Assembly: GCA_026014495.1 (NCBI GenBank)
Contig: JAOZIF010000158.1
Location: forward strand, 1 to 26,510
Source of the DNA: Candidatus Bathyarchaeum sp.
GTDB taxonomy: Archaea; Thermoproteota; Bathyarchaeia; Bathyarchaeales; Bathyarchaeaceae
Direction of reading: 5' to 3'
DNA: 26,510 nucleotides
Shown here: in pieces, positions 1 through 8,900 of the stretch
Numbering within the stretch: the stretch's first letter is position 1
How the letters are laid out: each line of letters starts with the position of its first letter
The notes under the pieces: model-generated
Databases searched by the model: none
What the model was told of the DNA's origin: nothing
The model's input: only the letters and a program-made list of their open reading frames with translations
Position numbers and translations under genes: made by a program

Positions 1-15
1 ATCAGTACGCTGAAT

Positions 16-1143
16 TCAGGACCGACTTCCTGCTCCTGAACCGTAAGTTGATCCAAATCCTGAGCCGTGAACAAAAACGATTCCAGTATGCTCCAAAAGG
101 TCACGAACAAACGCCATATCATTTACCCATTTTGAGCCAATCCCATCAACTCTAGGGAAGAAATAGAATGCTCCCTTAGGTTGGGCACAACTGATTCCAT
201 TAATCTGGTTGAGGCGCTTATGAGAGTAATCTCTTCTTTTCCGAAGCTTCTCTACCATTTGAGCTATGTGACCTTGTGGTCCCCTCAATGCTTCGACAGC
301 TGCTTTTTGAACAGGAGTATTCGCAGAAAGCCTTATTCTCGCCTCTTTTGTAAGATGCTCGCGCAATTCTCCCAACATTTCTTCATTGTATCCCGTAAGG
401 TACATGTAACCCAGCCTCCATCCGGTCATCAAATAGATTTTTGAGAAGCCATTAAGCCCAATAACAGGCACGTCCTTGGCTACATTGGCTGTGCTTACTG
501 GTTCGTCATACGCAATCTGGTCATAAATCTCGTCAGATATCAACGGGATGTCATGTTCTCCGGCGAGGTCACTCATTGCCTTAACAGTTTTCCTGTCGTA
601 AAGTGCTCCACATGGATTGTTAGGATTTATAATGACAATTGCCCTTGTTGAATCATTCACTTTAGCTCGAACATCATCCAAATCGGGCTGCCAGCCGTTT
701 TCTTCAGAAGTTTTGTACTGAACCGCTTTACCCCCAAAAAACTCGGTGTATGAAATATATGGCGGGTAAGCTGGACCCGGCACCAAAATCTCGTTTCCAT
801 TATCAACCAAGGCTCCCAGAACCATCTGAATAGCCTCAGAAACGCCGTTAGAAATTATCACATTCTCAGGCAGAACATCAATGCTGCCAACTTTCTTCTC
901 TTTCTCACAGATTGCATCTCTTAGTTCAGGAAGACCCTCTGATGGAGAATACGCATTAAATCCCTCTCGCACTGCCTGAATCAGCGCCTCTTTGATATTC
1001 TCAGGAGTATCAAAGTCAAAAAGTAAGGGGTCGCCAATGTTAAGATATATTACTTCTTTTCCTTTCTTTTCCAGTTGCTTGGCTTGAACTACCACATCGC
1101 GGATAGCATACTCAAGATTCTGGACTCTTTCTGTGAGATTCAA
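16..1143 (-). CDS. PLP-dependent aminotransferase class I/II (AlaAT-like); C-terminus appears truncated or replaced near the window edge
   Basis: Motifs LNIGDP, YSPSEG, INPNNPCG, DEIY and SKIYLMTGWRLGY (PLP lysine). Homology stops after VHGSGFGSTYGSG; the expected xFR/final helix is absent. TTG start. Confidence 0.9.
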   Translation of the reverse strand: MNLTERVQNLEYAIRDVVVQAKQLEKKGKEVIYLNIGDPLLFDFDTPENIKEALIQAVREGFNAYSPSEGLPELRDAICEKEKKVGSIDVLPENVIISNGVSEAIQMVLGALVDNGNEILVPGPAYPPYISYTEFFGGKAVQYKTSEENGWQPDLDDVRAKVNDSTRAIVIINPNNPCGALYDRKTVKAMSDLAGEHDIPLISDEIYDQIAYDEPVSTANVAKDVPVIGLNGFSKIYLMTGWRLGYMYLTGYNEEMLGELREHLTKEARIRLSANTPVQKAAVEALRGPQGHIAQMVEKLRKRRDYSHKRLNQINGISCAQPKGAFYFFPRVDGIGSKWVNDMAFVRDLLEHTGIVFVHGSGFGSTYGSGAGSRS

Positions 1144-1249
1144 CGCTTATGACCACAACACGATTGCTATTCTACAATAAAATCCTTTCACTTTTATTTA
1201 CTGCAAACACAGGACAACAACAATGATAACCGGAACTTCCTTATTACAC

Positions 1250-2506
1250 CTAGACTGTAAATGTTTCTCCTGCCTTTGGCGCCACAGCTTCAAGCCCTAC
1301 TTCCGTTTTTATCCACTCAGCAAACATTTCACAGGTCGCAGGTTCTCCATGCACCACATAGACTTTTGGATTTCCATTCAAGTCCTTAACTGCACCTTTA
1401 AGCTCGTTTGCTCCACTATGAGATGAAAAATCGAAGCGCTTAACCTGTGCCTTCACATTTTGGACCTTTCCATCAATGACACACTTTCCTTCATCAAGCA
1501 ATTCACGTCCAGGAGTTCCAGGAATCTGGTAACCCACAAGGAAAACTCCGTTCTTGCTCTTTTTTCCAACCTTTTGGATGTAAAACGCGGCTGGTCCACC
1601 CTTCAACATTCCTGCTGGAGAGATAATTGCCCCCGGTTTACCTGCTATTTTTCTACGGTCCTTCCAGCCATCCACCCAAACCGCAGAATGAAGAGCTTTC
1701 ATGAACAACTTAGGGTCCCTCATGTACGATGAGTGATTCATCATTATACGATTAGCCTCACGAGCCATACCATCCATTGCCACAGGGTACTCAAAATGGT
1801 TAGCTGCTAATACACATGCTATTTCCTGTGAGCGCCCTACACTAAAGGCAGGAATCAAGGCGGTTCCTCCTTTTTCAACAACTCCATTAACATGGTCCAT
1901 GAATTCTTTTTCTATCTCTTTTCGGTTAGGATGAACTTCGTTAGCGTATGTGCTTTCGATTATTATCGCATCAAGGTCACCGTAATCTCGATCTGCGCCC
2001 GAGAGAAGCTGCGTATCTGTAGCATTGTAGTCTCCCGTGTAAACAATTCTTTTTCCATCTGCTTCTATCAAAACTTGAGCTCCTCCAGGCAGATGACCAG
2101 AATTCAGAAGCTGAAACTTCATGTCTCCGATGGTTTGTTCTTTTCGGAAGTCAAGATGAACCGTGCTTCTCATCATGGTTTGCAATTCTAAAAACTCGAA
2201 CGACAAGTAGTAGCCTGACAGGCGTATAAAATCGGAGATTAGCGGCTTGGCTAAATCAAATGTTAGTTGTGTTCCGAAAACGGGTTTCTTGTCTTGTATG
2301 TGAAAGAGTGGAATACCGCCTGAGTGGTCTAAGTGACTGTGCGTCAAAACTATTGCGTCTACCTCTTTAGGTGGAATGTGCATGGGAAAACCTGGTTCGT
2401 CGTCTAGCATAACGCCATAGTCAAGGAGCATCTGATTTTTCTCAGATTTTACTGCTATGCCTGCTCTACCAACTTCTCTTGCACTTCCGAGAAATCTGAT
2501 GTTCAT
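1250..2506 (-). CDS. Metallo-beta-lactamase/beta-CASP ribonuclease (aCPSF2-like, no KH domains)
   Basis: HSHLDHSGG (HxHxDH), SGHLPGG, YTGDY, ESTY, AFSVGRSQE, FSSHSG and VHGE motifs; 418 aa. Confidence 0.9.
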   Translation of the reverse strand: MNIRFLGSAREVGRAGIAVKSEKNQMLLDYGVMLDDEPGFPMHIPPKEVDAIVLTHSHLDHSGGIPLFHIQDKKPVFGTQLTFDLAKPLISDFIRLSGYYLSFEFLELQTMMRSTVHLDFRKEQTIGDMKFQLLNSGHLPGGAQVLIEADGKRIVYTGDYNATDTQLLSGADRDYGDLDAIIIESTYANEVHPNRKEIEKEFMDHVNGVVEKGGTALIPAFSVGRSQEIACVLAANHFEYPVAMDGMAREANRIMMNHSSYMRDPKLFMKALHSAVWVDGWKDRRKIAGKPGAIISPAGMLKGGPAAFYIQKVGKKSKNGVFLVGYQIPGTPGRELLDEGKCVIDGKVQNVKAQVKRFDFSSHSGANELKGAVKDLNGNPKVYVVHGEPATCEMFAEWIKTEVGLEAVAPKAGETFTV

Positions 2507-2653
2507 CGGGTTAATTTCATCCTCCGTTATATATTGTTAAATGCGATGTTAAATTGTTTAACGATGAGGTATCATTTAAACAGTAACCTTTTACCCAGAA
2601 TTTTATTGTCACATATTGCTTTTAACATTCACGACCCTAAACATGGTTTTAGG

Positions 2654-4276
2654 CTAAATTACTGCCTCACATGTTAGTTTGGCAAGCTGTTCTAGGGTGC
2701 TTTTAGCCCATGGGTCTTGTTCTTGCAGTGCCTTGAATGGGACCTGTTTCTTTTTACAAGCACGCCTGCAGGCTGCCAAAACCCGTCTTTTCCAAACGTT
2801 TGGGTCACCAAGCATGATTACTTGTTCATAGCTTGTTTTTGTTATGTAGTCTGTCACCTGTTTTGCTACGTATGTTACGGTTCCATGGTCAAAGGGAGAC
2901 GCGATAATGTTTTGTGAAACTGGATAAACATCATCAAGTTCCGTGGGAACAACGCCAAAGGGAGCACCATAAGTGCAAACGTGAACTAAACGGATTTTGT
3001 CACCAAGAGTCTGTTCCAGCTCTTTTGTTGCTGCTTCGTGTTCTTTTGAGCTGTGAAATGGTTTCTTTCTGGGTTGCGGAAGCAACAACAGAACTCTAGC
3101 TTTTGCTGGCGGAGAGTATCTGTCAGCAAGTCTTTGCCTGTAGTGAACAACTTCTGGACGGGCTAGCCCTAATGAACTAAAAAAGAAGATGCCACTTTTT
3201 TTGGTGATTGGGCTGTGCTGTTCTATGTATTTGCTGTATTTTTTCACTTTTTTTAGGGCCTGAAGAAGTGATGGATGCGCATGAGCCCTCATTTCCATGT
3301 GCTCCCAAAGGCGCCCCTCTGTGATAGCCTGTTTAATTCGTCGCAACTCACAGAAACTAACATACAGGTTGTGTTCTGCAAGCAGTTTTTGTCTTTCTTC
3401 TTTTGGTAGTGCTCTTAACGTTTCTGGGTCTCTTTTATTGCACGCTGGACATGAGCAGGGCAAATAGTCCATTTCCTCAAGCCTTACGGTTCCCGACTCG
3501 GTCAAGTAACGGTCTTCACGAGCAAACAGGGCATATGCTGCGGAATCAAACAAGTCGCATCCTAGTGCTACTGCCAAAGAAAACATGAATGGGTGACCTG
3601 CCCCAAAAAGGTGAAGGGGACGCTCTGGAGGCAGATTCATTTTAGCAGTTATAATCATGTCAACAAGTACATCAAACTTGTATTGCTCCATCACTGGAGT
3701 TGGGCTACCTAAGGCGTGAACCTGAAAGGGTAGTTTGCCCATTGCTTTTGCTGATTTGGCAACAAGGTCAAGGTATTGTCCACCCTGAACTGGACCAACC
3801 CACGCCAAGTCGTCACGAGACTTCATTTTTTCTAGCGCTTTTGCGCGTTTGATTGTCTCTTTCACTGTGTATTGTGCATACTCTTTGGAGACGCCCCATC
3901 CTGTGGGAATATCAAGTATGGTAGCTATGTCGGCGTCTATTGCCTCTTGGAACTGAACAATCTCTAGGGGGTTGGTTTCTACGCCCTTGTAGATAAGAAG
4001 CTGATATGCGCCAGAGTCAGTCATGATTGACCCGTTGAAGTTCAAGAATTTGTGCAATCCCTTTTCGGTGGCAGTTTCTTTGAAGTTGTTGTTTATTATG
4101 TAAGCATTGGTTATGAGTGCCGTGCAACCAAATTCTTCTTCTAACTTTTTGGGAGAAATCGGCTGAATGCTTGGATTAATTACCGGAAAAAGCAATGGAG
4201 TTTCCATTACTCCACTCTTAGTTTCGAACCTGCCTATCCGCGCCAGCAAGTCTTTGTTTACAATCTCAAACGACAT
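2654..4276 (-). CDS. tgtA: Archaeosine tRNA-guanine(15) transglycosylase, PUA-less form
   Basis: ETPLLFPV, MTDSGAYQ (catalytic Asp), GPVQGG, HLFGAGHP, DLFDSAAY and the CSCPAC...EHN zinc site. ATG 4276 (MSFEIVNKD) is preferred over GTG 4297. Confidence 0.93.
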   Translation of the reverse strand: MSFEIVNKDLLARIGRFETKSGVMETPLLFPVINPSIQPISPKKLEEEFGCTALITNAYIINNNFKETATEKGLHKFLNFNGSIMTDSGAYQLLIYKGVETNPLEIVQFQEAIDADIATILDIPTGWGVSKEYAQYTVKETIKRAKALEKMKSRDDLAWVGPVQGGQYLDLVAKSAKAMGKLPFQVHALGSPTPVMEQYKFDVLVDMIITAKMNLPPERPLHLFGAGHPFMFSLAVALGCDLFDSAAYALFAREDRYLTESGTVRLEEMDYLPCSCPACNKRDPETLRALPKEERQKLLAEHNLYVSFCELRRIKQAITEGRLWEHMEMRAHAHPSLLQALKKVKKYSKYIEQHSPITKKSGIFFFSSLGLARPEVVHYRQRLADRYSPPAKARVLLLLPQPRKKPFHSSKEHEAATKELEQTLGDKIRLVHVCTYGAPFGVVPTELDDVYPVSQNIIASPFDHGTVTYVAKQVTDYITKTSYEQVIMLGDPNVWKRRVLAACRRACKKKQVPFKALQEQDPWAKSTLEQLAKLTCEAVI

Positions 4277-4351
4277 AACCAAACCGCCAAGACACACTTA
4301 TATTGAAAACCTGTTTCTTATTTGTGCTGGTTTGTTTGAGGGTTAACGTGA

Positions 4352-5098
4352 ATGGTGTGCAAGGTTCAAGTTTATGAGAAGCCCATCTTAAATGACCCCG
4401 TGTTAATAGAGGGCCTGCCGGGCATCGGTTTTGTTGCAAACATTGCGGCGCTACATCTCATCAAAGAATTGAATGCAACACTATTTGCAGAAATCAAATC
4501 CTCTGCATTCCAAGACCTTGCAATGACAACAGGCAATGGACAAACATATTTCCCAACAAACCAGTTCTACTACTATAAAGGAAAAGAGGGCGAACGTGAC
4601 CTCATTATTCTCTACGGTAACACGCAGGCCTTGACTACAATTGGGCAGTATGAGCTGTGTGGAAAAATTTTGGACATATCTGAGGAACTGGGCTGCAAAT
4701 ACATCCTGACTATTGGTGGACTAAAAAAAGAAGAAAAAATTGAAAAACCCGACCTTTACTGCACTGCTTCAGATAAAGAAACATTGCAGGATGCACTGGA
4801 TTTTGGTGCAAAGATAATGAAGGGACACATCTTTGGTGTTGCGGGGTTGCTTGTTGGGTTATGCAAATTAAGGGGCATTAAGGGTCTTTGTCTTTTGGCT
4901 GAAACATGTGGCTTTTACCCTGACGCAGTGGCTACTCGCGAAATTATGAATGTGTTAAATCCAATGCTGCATCTGAACGTAAACTTGGATAGGATAAATG
5001 AGGCTGCAAAAGAACGTGGTGAAGTCTTGAAATCATTTGGTGTTGGTTCTTTGGTAGAAAAAAAGGATCGGAAAGAGGATTTCCGATGGTTTATTTAG
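4352..5098 (+). CDS. PAC2-family proteasome assembly chaperone
   Basis: PVLIEGLPGIGFVANIAALHLI N-terminus, ILTIGG, GVAGLL and LLAET..YPD motifs; stop overlaps the convergent Lsm gene. Confidence 0.88.
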   Translation: MVCKVQVYEKPILNDPVLIEGLPGIGFVANIAALHLIKELNATLFAEIKSSAFQDLAMTTGNGQTYFPTNQFYYYKGKEGERDLIILYGNTQALTTIGQYELCGKILDISEELGCKYILTIGGLKKEEKIEKPDLYCTASDKETLQDALDFGAKIMKGHIFGVAGLLVGLCKLRGIKGLCLLAETCGFYPDAVATREIMNVLNPMLHLNVNLDRINEAAKERGEVLKSFGVGSLVEKKDRKEDFRWFI

Positions 5099-5513
5099 AT
5101 GCTTCTTTAGTGAATAAGCTGTAGACTCTTTGTACGCGCTCTGCTATTGGACCTGAGCCTTCTGTTACGCCTTTTTCTGTTACTTTGATTTTCTCCATGA
5201 CCCAAATGAAGCCTTGGTCCTCGTAGAGTTTTACCATTGTTGGAAAGACTTTTTCGAGGCGCTCGGATAGGGCTTTTAGGTCGAATGGTTTTTCGATTGT
5301 GAGTATTTGTCCAAGGATGCTTCCGTTCAAAAAGACCTTGTGTGTTGTTGCACCTTTTTCGTCTTTTGCGTCTGATAATGATAGGCTCAATGTATCAGGG
5401 TCTATTCCTGATAGGGTTCCACTATATTTTTTTCCGTCAACTGTTATTACCATGACTGTCTTGTCAATGAGTGCTCCTATTTCTCCAGCAAACTTTCTTT
5501 TAGCTAATGACAT
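5091..5513 (-). CDS. Lsm/Sm-like RNA-binding protein with C-terminal extension (SmAP3 type)
   Basis: Sm1/Sm2-like VMVITVDGKKYSGTLSGID...VFLNGS, followed by an Lsm_C-like domain (FDLKALSERLEKVFP...GSGPIAERV); 140 aa. Confidence 0.88.
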   Translation of the reverse strand: MSLAKRKFAGEIGALIDKTVMVITVDGKKYSGTLSGIDPDTLSLSLSDAKDEKGATTHKVFLNGSILGQILTIEKPFDLKALSERLEKVFPTMVKLYEDQGFIWVMEKIKVTEKGVTEGSGPIAERVQRVYSLFTKEASK

Positions 5514-5593
5514 CTTAACACCTAGCCACTAAAATACAAAGAGAACTTCTTATTTATTTCTACACCAAACACCCAATTTGGCTTCATACCATC

Positions 5594-5664
5594 AAAAAAA
5601 TAGTAGAGGGCACCAAAAAAGCGGTGCCAAACAAAACGGGAAAGGCGGAGACGTCAACTCCACC
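5594..5664 (-). terminator. Two tandem hairpins with T-rich tails downstream of the fibre-gene cassette
   Basis: Minus strand reads GGTGGAG-TTGACGT-CTCCGCC (5664-5644), TTTCCCGTTTTGTTT, GGCACC-GCTTTTTT-GGTGCC (5628-5609), then a T7 tract (5600-5594). Confidence 0.55.
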
Positions 5665-5675
5665 ACAATAGGTCC

Positions 5676-5891
5676 CTACGCCTTTTTCGGCTTTTTCGGA
5701 ACCGCCGTTTTAGCCTTCAACTCAGCATTCTCTTTCTGCAGCTCAACAATCGTTGCTGCCATCACAGTAAAAGATCTGTTGACTTCTTTGAGTAGGTCAC
5801 TGTATGCGAGATTTGTGTTACTAATTCGAGCGTTTAATGCATTCATTTGTCGCTGGACTTCAGGTGGAATCGGACCTGTTTTTGTAGTCAA
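5676..5891 (-). CDS. Small coiled-coil protein with a basic tail (possible fibre-assembly chaperone)
   Basis: 71 aa, TTG start with AGAGG SD 17 nt after the stop of the 1235-aa gene; heptad pattern IVELQKENAELKAK. Confidence 0.7.
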   Translation of the reverse strand: MTTKTGPIPPEVQRQMNALNARISNTNLAYSDLLKEVNRSFTVMAATIVELQKENAELKAKTAVPKKPKKA

Positions 5892-5908
5892 TGTTTGTTT
5901 TCCTCTAG

Positions 5909-8900
5909 TTATTGCACCCAGATGGTTGCAAGGTTTCCTGTTGTTGCTCCTACAAGGACTTTATATTCAACTTCACCTGTTGCAACATCTCCTGTGAAAC
6001 CGCTTGTTAACTCATGGGTATGAGATGATTCGTAACCGGTGGAACCTGACATTGATTCATCATGTGTACCATTTGCGGATGCGCCGCCAGTAAAGCCGTG
6101 ATAATGACTGCGTCCAGAAACTTGTCTTGCTATGCTGTTCGTATCATATACAGTATAGTATTGGTCATATCCTGTGCTTTGAGCAGCTGTTGTACCCCCC
6201 ACTGTATGTGCGTCATAGTCATCAGCGCCAGTTACAGTCACTGAAAGTGAGCCATCAGTGTGTTTATGCTGACTGCCAGAACCTATTTCAAGTGTGCCTT
6301 TGTCGTGGTTGTGTGCATTGTATTTGATTGCACAACCGTTTTGGTCTGTGGTTACTCGATCGCCTGCGGTGAGGTTTTCGCCCGCAACAACTTGCGCTCT
6401 ACCAAGTTTTATGACTTGTACAGATTCGCCTTGCGTCTTTGTTGCGACTGCTACTCCATGTAAACTTGTCGAGTTGTTCATGTCTGAGATGCCCACGGTA
6501 TTGTTGCCAGTTATACTACAGAAATGATTTGCCTCAACCCCTGATGCGTCAGCAACACAACCTGTGTCTATAAAACGGTCGATTCCAGTATTTAGTTTAG
6601 CGGGTGTTCCATCAAAGTTGGTTATGTAGAGTGTATCAAAGTATCCTGCAAAGTCTGACCTTGGACCCTTATCTTGCCATATCGCTCCATCATATTTGTA
6701 GAGACGATTCGGATATTCACCGGTAAAGATGAAGAGTTGCCCGTTTACAGGATCACCAGGATAACTTGAACCAGACGGAATAGGGGGGATATCTAATAAC
6801 CCGCCGCCGTCCAAGCGCGAGACATTTGAATTGGACAAGATAATTTTAGGAACATCAACTTGATCATCTCTTCCACTACCCAACCAAAGCTCACCTTGAT
6901 TTGCGCTAACAAAACCTCCAGCAGCAATGTCCTTTTGAACAACTAAACCTCTGTTTGTTGTGAGTATCGGCTCGTTATCCTGCTCATCTTCTATCACAAA
7001 CAGTTGTGTTTCAGCACCAGCTCCAATAGCACTCCAGAAAGTTATGTAACTATGACCAGGAGTGAATCCTTCTGGATTCCACATGCCATCTTCAAATCCA
7101 TATATTGCATTAACAATTTCTAGTTTACTGAGTTCTGGTACGTCGTAGTCAATTAATCTCAAATTACCATATTCATATAATGTTCCCTCAATTGCCAAAG
7201 AGCCATCAGTTTTCAAATAGTTTAAAGCCTCACGATACAGCTTTGTGTCTCCTTCAAAAGTTAATTCCATGTTTTCTAGGTTTAGTGTTCCGCCTGAAGA
7301 TATCGCGCTTATGTTGAGTTGTTTGTCTCCGTCGTTTTGTATTCTAACGTTGTAATCTTCGCTTCCGCTGTTTCCGTAATGGAAATCAATGTATGGTTTT
7401 GTGTTTGATTGTGAAGAATCACCAAGTTCTAAGGCGCCGCTTTCGTCTGTTGATAATACTGAAGTGCCGACTTGAATTTCGTTAGCCTCAAATTTGTCAT
7501 CAGTTTTCAATATGTTAGCGTCGCTACGGTAAAGGTTGGTGTCTTGTTCTGTTCCAAAATACAGTGTTGAGTCCACTTCTAGTTGGTCGGTAGTCAAGTT
7601 GTCGATGTGACCGTTGCTGCCGTAAATGTCTTGCCAAGCATGAGTCTCCGAGCCAAGATCGTAGGTGTCGTCATTAAGTGGAATGATAGATGATGGAACA
7701 GCTGTCCAATTTACTGAACCTGAACCTGCAGATGCCCAAACAGGTGGATTGCCTGTGCCCTGAGCGGTAAGAACGTAACCATTTGTTCCTTGGTTTGGCA
7801 TGTTAGCTAGGTCCCAAACATACGTGTTGCCCGCAGCGGTTTTGATTTCATCAGAGTTTACTTGCGTGGCAGTCAATGTACCAACATTCAGGTCTACAGG
7901 GCTTTCATCTGATTCTTTTACGTAGAGCACACTTTCATCTGTTGCTAAAATAGAAGTGCCTATTTGAATTTCGTTAGCCACAAAATTGTCATCAGTCTTC
8001 AATGTATCAGCGGCGCTACGGTAAAGGTTAGTGTCTTCTCCAACGGTTATCACATTGTTTACTGTTAAGTTGTTGACTTCCAAGTCACCTACTTCAGATT
8101 CTGGACCTACATACTCATCAGTGACAACTATGCAATCGATATAGATTTCTAGGGTGTCGTCTGCGTCTATGTCTGTGTTGCATGCTCCGATGTGGACTCT
8201 GTCTATGGTTTGATCTGACGCGTCAGTGTGCGATAGCAACTCATCGCCGTCTACCCAAAGCTTTGCCAAGTCTTCTCCGTGAGCAAACTCTACACACACC
8301 CAAGTGTCAACTTCTGGAATATTTGACGTTGAAGTCGAGTACTCTGTACTTCCAGTGTCTCTTCTCATCTTCCACTTCTTTGTTCCACCATCATCAATGA
8401 GTTGAATGTAACCCACTGTTGTTGACGTGTCAGCGTTTTCGAAGCAAATTATTGTGTAGTCTTTGTTTGTCTCTGGAAGCTGATTAAAACGGAAGTACCC
8501 CCTGCAATAAACTGGCTGCTGCTCAGCTACGTCAAAGTAGCCTTCCGCGTACGCGCTACCATCCCCGTTAACGTCACATTTACCTGAGTATGTACCATGG
8601 TGAGCAACAGAATCTGTAGCTGTAATAGTGCCACTGCTAGTTTCTGTATCATCGAACTCTGAAGTATCACCAGTCTCAAAACCAGCTTCAGCACCCGCAG
8701 GAGCCTCTTCTTCGGGTCCAATGTATGTGTCAGCAATTATAACGTTGTCGTAATAGTAGTAGTTTGGTCCCCATGTGGCATAAATGCACGCGCCAACTCG
8801 TATTGTGTCAACATAAGTATAGTCGCTGTCATAGTCTGTGTCGCTAAGAATAGATTCACCGTCTATCCATAACTCACATTCAGCATCCAAGTTGCCATCT

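Noticed and set aside
2654-5513. PUA-less TgtA, SmAP3-type Lsm and short XPF as novelties
   Set aside because: These are established forms in TACK archaea; useful for taxonomy but not new
7441-8037. Repeat pair in a fibre gene as a diversity-generating retroelement TR/VR
   Set aside because: The 15 mismatches are not confined to adenines of one copy on either strand, both copies are in-frame mid-gene, and no reverse transcriptase is present
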